The notes below the pieces were generated by a model that searched no databases, was not told the origin of the DNA, and saw only the letters and a list, made by a program, of their open reading frames with translations. From positions 1 to 55,923 of the IMG/VR virus record IMGVR_UViG_3300033291_000001: 55,923 nucleotides of DNA; one strand, written 5' to 3'. This stretch comes from a virus. Taxonomy: Duplodnaviria > Caudoviricetes. The position numbers were made by a program, and so were the translations under genes. How positions within the stretch are numbered: position 1 is the stretch's first letter; each line of letters begins with the position of its first letter. Below, in pieces: positions 27,001 to 34,368 of this stretch.

Positions 27001-27090
27001 AGCCGGTTAAAAATTTTTAACCGGCTCGCCAATACAGAAACACAGAATCTATAAAAATACTTTTAAGGAGTAGATATGAAAGCTTAGTAT
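27001..27090 (-). ncRNA. Candidate small RNA with anti-SD segment
   Basis: TGATATAAT at 27097-27105; contains CUACUCCUUAAAA; ends in perfect 26-bp palindrome 27001-27026. Confidence 0.4.
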
Positions 27091-27119
27091 ATGCAAATTA
27101 TATCATAGTTTTTTATATA

Positions 27120-27151
27120 ACAAAAGACCCGATCGAAATCAGGTCTTTTGT
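27120..27151. terminator. Intrinsic terminator
   Basis: ACAAAAGACCCGAT-CGAA-ATCAGGTCTTTTGT. Confidence 0.75.
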
Positions 27152-27162
27152 TTTTCGCAATT

Positions 27163-27438
27163 TTAAACATTATTTTTAGGGCATGTAGATTGTATCACTC
27201 GTGATTGCTCTAGTAAAGTAAAATTATCTAATCGTTCCATATCATCGGATATATCGATATCATAGCAATATTCGCGAAATGAAGTAAATCCGTAATTACC
27301 TGGAAACTTTAGCCAGTCTTGATAATAATCGGCTACGCTTCCCATGCCAATCATGCTACCTGAGCATATGCCACAACCTTGTGCGCATACACAATATTCT
27401 AATTTCTTATCAATTTCATTAATTATAACTTTACTCAT
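27163..27438 (-). CDS. Cys-rich hypothetical protein
   Basis: CVCAQGCGIC; AAGGAGG RBS inside 65-bp repeat. Confidence 0.6.
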   Translation of the reverse strand: MSKVIINEIDKKLEYCVCAQGCGICSGSMIGMGSVADYYQDWLKFPGNYGFTSFREYCYDIDISDDMERLDNFTLLEQSRVIQSTCPKNNV

Positions 27439-27494
27439 AACATCCTCCTTATACGCGGTTTTACTGGATTACCGCGAACCAAATTTTATACTAC
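27430..27494 (-). repeat. 65-bp intergenic linker, copy 1 (stop, structured element, RBS, ATGAGTAAA)
   Basis: Identical to 30012-30076. Confidence 0.95.
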
Positions 27495-27934
27495 CCTAAC
27501 AAATAAGTTATTGCGTCGGCTGCAACCTCGCAGTAACCAGAATTGTATAAACTTATAATCCTATTTTCATCGATTTCATTTATCTTATTCTGTATCAATG
27601 ACTTAATTATATTTTCAACAATTTTTTTGTCAGATGCAGGTTTTCCGCCTAACCGCTCTTTGACAATTTCAAGCGTCTTGCTGCCTTTTAATGCAGGCAA
27701 TATGTTTTCAAACTTTACATTTAACCAACTTGCTGTTATTTCACTAACATATTCTGACTTTACTTCTTTTTCTAACCTTTGCTTTCTTTGCTCTTTTGTT
27801 TCCATATTATTTATTTTGCCATACAATGCTTTAAGCTCCATTCCGAACTGACATCTATAATTTACCTCTGAATATACTTTTTTAACTTCCTTTGTGTTTT
27901 GGTGTGCCAGCTTAAACATTTTGCGCCTAGTCAT
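27491..27934 (-). CDS. Hypothetical early protein
   Basis: First gene behind repeated promoter; N-terminus resembles that of 44773-45264. Confidence 0.65.
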   Translation of the reverse strand: MTRRKMFKLAHQNTKEVKKVYSEVNYRCQFGMELKALYGKINNMETKEQRKQRLEKEVKSEYVSEITASWLNVKFENILPALKGSKTLEIVKERLGGKPASDKKIVENIIKSLIQNKINEIDENRIISLYNSGYCEVAADAITYLLG

Positions 27935-27972
27935 TGTTGACTCCTCCTTAAAAATAATTAACTACTATATAC

Positions 27973-28001
27973 ATATTACCATAAATATTGTTTTATTGCA
28001 A
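27973..28001 (-). promoter_or_regulatory. Repeated sigmaA promoter, copy A
   Basis: TTGCAA-17-TAATAT with extended TG; repeated at 30261-30289 and 33387-33415. Confidence 0.8.
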
Positions 28002-28059
28002 GTAATATTTGCAATAAATTAATAAATAAAAAAAGAGCCGTTTCCGACTCTGCAAATCA

Positions 28060-29010
28060 TTACTTACCTTTGCGCTTACGAGTGCTGCACATCTGCGCTT
28101 CATGAGCATACTTTGTTATATATGACAGCGCCGGCGGCATTCCAGCAGTATTGCATCGACCACCGCCACCATAGGATTCCGCTATTTTTGATACATCAAA
28201 GTCTCCGATACTTCGCAAGCTAGTACCAGTGCCATAATATACAGCTGCATAATCACATTCAAACTGATTGCACATTGCATTTCCAAGTTCGCTAGTAGTC
28301 GCAAAGTCAGAACTAACGACAAATGCGCATTTATTTTCAAATTCATCGGTTATAACCTTGGCCTCTTCAAGTTTTGATTTAATATAATTATCATTTTTTA
28401 TTTTAAAATATTTCAATAAATCCTTATGCTCTGATATTATATCAAATTTATCTCCTGCTGCTATTGCGTAATGGACTATGTCAGTATAAACAATTGCGAA
28501 CTCGTCAATTCCTATGATTCCAAGGACGTCATGTAAATCCTTAGATAGCTGTGAATTTGGTAACTTAGTCCATTCCCAGGTGTCATATCTTCTAACAGCT
28601 TCAACAAATTGATCAAGTACATCCGAGCTGTCAATAAGCATATGAGCACAAAGTTTTTCATAAAACAAGTTGCATCCAGATTGTAGCCTACCATCGTATT
28701 CAATAGATACAAATGCCCATTCATACTTATTTAACCACTCAGCTGTTGAGTGATGGTCTAGTAGATATACTGGCTTACTGCATGATTTAATAGCATCTGC
28801 GACATCTCCGTTGACTGAGATGTCGGTTATAAAGATTATGTCAAATGCTTCTAGAGCTGGACTTTCCAAAAATTCATTTACTTTATTATTGATATTGTCA
28901 TAATCGCAATATTCAACGCAAGCATCTTCAAGCGATGCCTTTGCAACGATGGCGCATCCAACACCGTCTAAATCTGTATGCGTAAATAATTTAATTTTCA
29001 TAATTTTCAT
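28060..29010 (-). CDS. DHH/DHHA1 phosphoesterase (NrnB-like)
   Basis: HTDLDG, FITD, LLDHH, SLRS, GGGGR (H replaced by R). Confidence 0.88.
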   Translation of the reverse strand: MKIMKIKLFTHTDLDGVGCAIVAKASLEDACVEYCDYDNINNKVNEFLESPALEAFDIIFITDISVNGDVADAIKSCSKPVYLLDHHSTAEWLNKYEWAFVSIEYDGRLQSGCNLFYEKLCAHMLIDSSDVLDQFVEAVRRYDTWEWTKLPNSQLSKDLHDVLGIIGIDEFAIVYTDIVHYAIAAGDKFDIISEHKDLLKYFKIKNDNYIKSKLEEAKVITDEFENKCAFVVSSDFATTSELGNAMCNQFECDYAAVYYGTGTSLRSIGDFDVSKIAESYGGGGRCNTAGMPPALSYITKYAHEAQMCSTRKRKGK

Positions 29011-29047
29011 TCTCCTTTAAAATTTAAGTTAATTTATTATTATTTAA

Positions 29048-29380
29048 CTACTCTTGCCTCATATGCCTTATATACAAATTGTCGACTGCCTTAACCAACA
29101 CGTCAACATAAGTTAAATTAGTTTCACGCTTCAACCTATTTAACTTCTCGACCGTTCCCTGGTAAAAAGAATATGATACCTTACCCGAGCCAGAATAAGC
29201 ATTGACATACTTATCAACGCTTAACTTTCCTGACATATGCAATTCAAGCAAATCGTCAATTGCCTCACTTACTATATCTGACTTAAATGCATTCAATTTC
29301 CATCGCAATTCATTTAACTTTGACCTTGTGTCTTCCGGAAGCGAATACGTAATAACTTTCTTATCTTTCATGCTTACCAT
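29048..29380 (-). CDS. Tandem ribbon-helix-helix regulator
   Basis: Two repeats: VITYSLPEDTRSKLNEL..KSDIVSEAIDDL and VSYSFYQGTVEKLNRL..YVDVLVKAVDNL. Confidence 0.7.
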   Translation of the reverse strand: MVSMKDKKVITYSLPEDTRSKLNELRWKLNAFKSDIVSEAIDDLLELHMSGKLSVDKYVNAYSGSGKVSYSFYQGTVEKLNRLKRETNLTYVDVLVKAVDNLYIRHMRQE

Positions 29381-29687
29381 CTCCTCAAAAAAATATTGCG
29401 GTTTTTAGAGATTCCGCAAAACTCATTTAATTTAAATTTTAATTTATGTTTTCGTCACATTTTGACATGCGTTTATCAACATCAGATACAATACTCCTGA
29501 CAAAATCAAATAGTTCAAGCACTTCAAGTATTGACAATCCAAACTCACGCATAATGTCATTAAGACAATTACACAGTTTCGGCTTAGCTTTGTTCATCTT
29601 TATACATTTCTCTTTTTGCTCATATTCGCATTTCTCGCATTCGTCATTACATTTTTCTATTATTTTTATTCTGCTTGTTTTTTTATT

Positions 29688-30020
29688 TTATACTATTGCC
29701 AAATTCATACAGCCTACAATTTGTCCTGCGTCATTGCGGACAATCGCACCTGGTATATACAGATCTTTTCTACCTAACACTTTACCTGCTTGTGCAACGG
29801 GTAAGCTTGCTATATATGCTACGCCGTGAGTTTCGCTTGGCAATCCATCAATACCGACAAACTTCTTCGTAATTAACTCAATTCCGTCCACCATGCCAAC
29901 AATTTCGATTTGTTCCGGACATCTTACGCATATGTTAGTTTTTTCAATTGTTCTGATACATGTTCCATTTTTGTCGCATATATTTATGTTGCGTGGTGTT
30001 GCATTGATTAATTTACTCAT
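29688..30020 (-). CDS. Hypothetical protein
   Basis: INATP...VRNDAGQIVGC; RBS inside 65-bp repeat. Confidence 0.7.
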   Translation of the reverse strand: MSKLINATPRNINICDKNGTCIRTIEKTNICVRCPEQIEIVGMVDGIELITKKFVGIDGLPSETHGVAYIASLPVAQAGKVLGRKDLYIPGAIVRNDAGQIVGCMNLAIV

Positions 30021-30076
30021 AACATCCTCCTTATACGCGGTTTTACTGGATTACCGCGAACCAAATTTTATACTAC
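30012..30076 (-). repeat. 65-bp intergenic linker, copy 2
   Basis: Identical to 27430-27494. Confidence 0.95.
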
Positions 30077-30222
30077 TTCTGCTCCTTAAACTTTAAAAAC
30101 GCATCAAGCGTTTCAAACACACAACCATTGTCGTCAATGCAGGTTGCCATACCACTGCTGACCAAAATTACAGTAACCATCTTTACTTCTTGCTCAAACG
30201 CAAACCTAGCTCTTTTACACAT
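30073..30222 (-). CDS. 49-aa hypothetical protein (not in ORF track)
   Basis: MCKRARFAFEQEVKMVTVILVSSGMATCIDDNG...; between promoter B and the 65-bp linker. Confidence 0.6.
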   Translation of the reverse strand: MCKRARFAFEQEVKMVTVILVSSGMATCIDDNGCVFETLDAFLKFKEQK

Positions 30223-30260
30223 GCATATCACTCCCTTAAAAATAATTAACTACTATACAC

Positions 30261-30289
30261 ATCTTACCATAAAACAATATTTATTGCAA
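30261..30289 (-). promoter_or_regulatory. Repeated sigmaA promoter, copy B (spacer element inverted)
   Basis: TTGCAA-17-TAAGAT; shares 24-bp leader with copy A. Confidence 0.75.
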
Positions 30290-30517
30290 GCAATATATAA
30301 AAATAGATCATATTATTTTAAATACGATCTATTTTTAATAAAACGACTCATGCGTGAGCCTCGCGTGAGTATTGCGCCAAAACAATAGATGATAAGCAAG
30401 TTGCTTACATATATTACAAAAAATTATAACACACTACCTAGCAATCGCCAAACAGCAGGTGGAACAATGGAGTTAAAATGATGCCCAGGTAAAGAATAAA
30501 TAGTTTTCGCATTTTGT

Positions 30518-30739
30518 TTACCTCCTCACAAAGTATTCACCCAGCACACTGTCCACAAAATCAATCAGTACCCTGTCAAACACAAAGCGTCTAACTCTCT
30601 TCCAATCTGCAACGATTGACATAAACTTGTATTTATTGTTCTCCTCTAGCGTGTATATGCATAATTGATTTACTACATTGTTCGTTATGCGTATAGCTTT
30701 TACAACTCCTGAATTAGTGTAAATAAATGTATCACTCAT
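30518..30739 (-). CDS. Hypothetical protein
   Basis: ATG at 30739 after AAGGAG. Confidence 0.55.
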   Translation of the reverse strand: MSDTFIYTNSGVVKAIRITNNVVNQLCIYTLEENNKYKFMSIVADWKRVRRFVFDRVLIDFVDSVLGEYFVRR

Positions 30740-31289
30740 GATTTTTACTCCTTTGCTTTGATTCGAATTTATAAACAACTACATCCTGCAAATTTTCTAA
30801 CGCTTCAAATGGAATTGCGAAAAAATTTGCCCTTGCAGGAGGTTTGTTATGTCTTAAAAATTTATGCATATCATCCATATTGTATTTAGACATTAGCCTA
30901 GTTCTTAACTTAGCAACATTTAAAATCCAAAATTTATCATATCCAGATTCATTTTTATTTGCATATCCGAAAAAATATAATTGAGCTGCCAGTTTGAACC
31001 ACTCACCTTCTTCTTTTGTTCTAGGATCGTTATAGTATTCAAATGTAAACTGATTAAAACGTTGCTTTGTATATCTAAGCGTTTTTTCTTGAAAAGTCAA
31101 CACGCTTCCATTGAAAAATGTTAAATGAGTATCTATGCTCAATTCTATATCCATAAATAATAATTTTTTATCATCTTGATTCTCTCTATTTGACCGATAA
31201 ATCTTACTTAATTTGTCGCCAAAAACTTCCCTGTATATTTGGTCAATATGCTTAGTCATTTTCTCCTCAAAGTTTTTCTCAATCCACAT
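30732..31289 (-). CDS. Putative PD-(D/E)xK nuclease-like protein coupled to the methyltransferase
   Basis: D...IDTHL...FQEK..R...FTFEY pattern; overlaps MTase stop. Confidence 0.5.
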   Translation of the reverse strand: MWIEKNFEEKMTKHIDQIYREVFGDKLSKIYRSNRENQDDKKLLFMDIELSIDTHLTFFNGSVLTFQEKTLRYTKQRFNQFTFEYYNDPRTKEEGEWFKLAAQLYFFGYANKNESGYDKFWILNVAKLRTRLMSKYNMDDMHKFLRHNKPPARANFFAIPFEALENLQDVVVYKFESKQRSKNHE

Positions 31290-32568
31290 TATTAACCCTG
31301 CCCTTGATTATATCTATATATTTTTGTTCTTTCTCGATCAAAATACACTTCCTGCTTAACTCCTTACACACAATACCAGTTGTGCCACTGCCAGCAAAGC
31401 AGTCTAAAACTAAGTCATTTTCCACGCTTCCGGTTTCGATTATCCTGCGGTACAACTCTTGTGGTTTTTGCGTTGGATGGAATTTACCTTCTTTAAAATT
31501 GCTTTGAGGTATGGCAATTTCCCACACATTAGATTGTATTTCTCCGTACTCGGTAAAATTTAAGTTTTCGGCATTTTTGCCATAAAGATATATTATAGGC
31601 TCAAAAGTTAGGCGATATCCTTTTCTATTGAACTTTTGATTATTATTTTTTTTAACCCAAATTATTTGTCCATAAAAGTTAAAATCATAAAAATTATGCT
31701 TTAAAAATATATTATACAAATCAAACACATAGTCATGAGCAAAACTTATATACATCCTGCCTGTGTCCTTAATTTTAGGCATGACTGCATTCAACCATTT
31801 TTCGGTAAAACCTAAGAAATCATGTTTACTATCAAATACATCCCATGATTCACTTAAAACATAATATGGAGGATCGGTGCAAAGCAAATCAACTGAATTA
31901 TCTTCTACTTGATTAATCAATGAAAAAATATCTCCCTCTAATAATCTTATGTTTGTCGGCAATCTCTTAGTTGCTGAAACTTTTACTTTCTCCTCAACTT
32001 CTTTCTTGCGTTCTGCTTTTTTGATGTCCTGATACGCCTTGTTAACCGTTATATCATTGTTCTTTAATTTTTTCTTAATCTCAATAGGTGCGTTTTCCTC
32101 TATATGTTTTACCTTACTTAGTGTGTCATGCGAAACATTAAATGTTTTAGCAGCTTGTTTTTGGCTGTCAACTCTGTCTTCACATTTCACAGACGTCTGT
32201 GAAATGTCTGTTCTAGCTCCTTGGTTTTCCTTACCCTTGACTTTCAATATATCCTGTAATTTTAGCGCCAACAGCCCTTTATCATATGTGCTTAAGTTTC
32301 TCCTACCTGCTTGATTATTTATCATCCAAACGACAACATCGCTCCTGTCGTTAAAACTTAATTCCTTTGTATCAAATTTCAATCCATGCCTTTGAGCTAT
32401 TTCATACCTATTATGCCCGTCGATAATCAAACCATGCCAAGTTTTTATACTATCCTGGACTCCATTTTCAAGTATATTTTTTTCAAGCTGCCCAAACTCG
32501 TCACTGGTCAGTGTAGGTATTAAGTTTTTTAGTTCATTGTCTATTTTAAGTTTCATTACTTGAACCAC
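31279..32568 (-). CDS. ParB-like N-terminus fused to N6/N4 DNA methyltransferase (beta class)
   Basis: IIDGHNRY, NQAGRRNL; TDPPY, HPTQKP, VLDCFAGSGTT. Confidence 0.9.
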   Translation of the reverse strand: MVQVMKLKIDNELKNLIPTLTSDEFGQLEKNILENGVQDSIKTWHGLIIDGHNRYEIAQRHGLKFDTKELSFNDRSDVVVWMINNQAGRRNLSTYDKGLLALKLQDILKVKGKENQGARTDISQTSVKCEDRVDSQKQAAKTFNVSHDTLSKVKHIEENAPIEIKKKLKNNDITVNKAYQDIKKAERKKEVEEKVKVSATKRLPTNIRLLEGDIFSLINQVEDNSVDLLCTDPPYYVLSESWDVFDSKHDFLGFTEKWLNAVMPKIKDTGRMYISFAHDYVFDLYNIFLKHNFYDFNFYGQIIWVKKNNNQKFNRKGYRLTFEPIIYLYGKNAENLNFTEYGEIQSNVWEIAIPQSNFKEGKFHPTQKPQELYRRIIETGSVENDLVLDCFAGSGTTGIVCKELSRKCILIEKEQKYIDIIKGRVNNVD

Positions 32569-32698
32569 CTTTCTGGATTATATAATTTTCTATAAGCTTT
32601 ACTACTACTGCCGACATTGGTCTGCCGTCACAAGCTTCAACAAATTTTTGCTTTAACTCTGCCGAAATAAATACTCTAATACTTTCGTCTTTTTTCAT
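32546..32698 (-). CDS. Ribbon-helix-helix regulator (paralog of 21526-21684)
   Basis: KDESIRVFISAELKQKFVEACDGRPMSAVVVKLIENYI; TTGTGT-17-TATAAT upstream. Confidence 0.75.
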   Translation of the reverse strand: MKKDESIRVFISAELKQKFVEACDGRPMSAVVVKLIENYIIQKGGSSNET

Positions 32699-32809
32699 GC
32701 ATATCAATCCTTTCATATATATTACTATATACAATTATACACTATAATGCACTTAAACACAATGACCATGCAACACAGCACAGTTTTAACATGGTCGAAA
32801 TCGACCAGT

Positions 32810-33352
32810 TTAATCCACATTATTCACAATGTTATCCACATGATTTGATTTTTTTATATAATTTTTCATAGCTATTTCAAAAGCTTTGTAATGCCTACTG
32901 TTACTTTCGTAGTTATTTTTTAGATTTACAACCCAAAGTCTATATCTAACTACTTCGTTTATCATATCAATAAATGCATAATAAGCTTTTATTTGAAAAG
33001 TCATTGCGTTAACTTCGTCTTGAAAATTATCAATTACAGGATATAGACAATGTCCTATTTCATGCAATACAACTTCGATAAACGATATTACATGCAAGTG
33101 ATAAGGTTTTACTAGTACAATATTGTATTCTGGATACCGAATTCCCGTGGCATCATCTACATTAACCACATTATCAAAACTTTTTTGTTCAAGTATGATC
33201 AGACTAGTTATCTCACGGACTGACCTTCCAACAACATTTATGCATATTTTATCAACTATGCCCCTTACAACATTGCAATCTTTAAGTGAGTAGTTACCAT
33301 TGTTTATAAAATTAACTTCAAATTGTGTTAATACTTGATTTGTTTTTGTCAT
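32810..33352 (-). CDS. HExxH zinc metallopeptidase-like protein (ImmA/IrrE-like)
   Basis: VVLHEIGHC...DEVNA; ATG at 33352 after GGAGGT. Confidence 0.6.
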   Translation of the reverse strand: MTKTNQVLTQFEVNFINNGNYSLKDCNVVRGIVDKICINVVGRSVREITSLIILEQKSFDNVVNVDDATGIRYPEYNIVLVKPYHLHVISFIEVVLHEIGHCLYPVIDNFQDEVNAMTFQIKAYYAFIDMINEVVRYRLWVVNLKNNYESNSRHYKAFEIAMKNYIKKSNHVDNIVNNVD

Positions 33353-33386
33353 AATTATCAATACCTCCGTTTTGTTTGATATATAC

Positions 33387-33415
33387 ATATTACCATAAAT
33401 ATTGTTTTATTGCAA
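33387..33415 (-). promoter_or_regulatory. Repeated sigmaA promoter, copy C
   Basis: Identical core to copy A. Confidence 0.8.
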
Positions 33416-33609
33416 GTAATATGTATTCCGCTATTATCAGTCAGGCAAACATGTTCTAAAACTTATTTACTTGCGTTTTAAGGTACGTTATTTTTTACAT
33501 AGCACATGACAAGCAAAACTATATAATGTCGCTAGAAATTGACGTGAGTGCTTAACACGTGCATTGTATTAGCAAGCAAAGCAAAATTAGATACTATATG
33601 AAAAATCAA

Positions 33610-33642
33610 GGTAACTTGCTGGTAACTTGCTGGTAACTTGCT
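33610..33642 (+). repeat. Three tandem 11-mers GGTAACTTGCT (iteron-like)
   Basis: Exact triple repeat in the 1-kb non-coding region. Confidence 0.9.
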
Positions 33643-34007
33643 ACTGTTGTTTTTGTTAAACACCATAACTACAAACGCATATTTGCATTTGTAGCGGTTT
33701 TAGTTTGTAGATAGGTAAACACTAGCAAAAGTAATTTTAGTTCGTTGTGGCTTAAGTATGTGCGATTTAGATATGTTGCGCGGTTAAGTTAAGGATATTT
33801 TATCCCTGGTAAAGCAAAACCTGTATTGCAAAAGTGCAAGCTGCCGTGTATTAATTTTAATACATGATTGCTTTTACCTACAGCCGCAGTACCTTGATCG
33901 CAATTGGAATGTCTAGTAAGTAAAGTTTTGTGCTGTTACTTTAAATTAGTAAGATATATTTTTACTTTACTAGGGATCTTTTGATTTTGATTTAAATATC
34001 TAAAGGT

Positions 34008-34354
34008 ACTGTCTCGGAAAATCGTAATGCACCACTGCTTTTGTCTTTATATTTGTCCAATATAGTGCCTTATATTACAATTGGAAAAAAGTCCCACGCA
34101 CTATCTCGGAAAATCGTATATATAATAGCAATTTTCCGAGATAGTGCGTGGGACTAAATGGTAATAAACGTTATAAAGTGTTTTGATTTAAAAAACGTCA
34201 TGTGCCATACTTCGGAAAAGAATAAAGTGCCATTATGATTTTCCTTACAAATGTCCAAAAAATGCCCAAAACACAAAATTGGAAAAATTTAACGTGCCAT
34301 ACTTCGGAAAATCGTATATATAATAGCAATTTTCCGAAGTATGGCACGTTAAAT
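34008..34354. other. Putative replication origin: two long perfect hairpins with identical loop plus upstream half-sites
   Basis: 25-bp stem 34090-34155 and 26-bp stem 34287-34354, both with loop CGTATATATAATAGCA; adjacent to initiator-like gene. Confidence 0.7.
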
Positions 34355-34368
34355 AATGGTAAAATATA

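Noticed and set aside
27455-27483. preQ1-I riboswitch call
   Set aside because: P1 only 3-4 bp, no queuosine genes downstream; kept only as an unnamed pseudoknot candidate
33610-34354. CRISPR array or mini-array
   Set aside because: Repeats are spacerless tandem 11-mers or two hairpins about 197 bp apart; no regular repeat-spacer pattern and no cas genes
34090-34354. Protelomerase (telRL) site
   Set aside because: Hairpins have a 16-nt asymmetric loop and no protelomerase/tyrosine recombinase is recognisable
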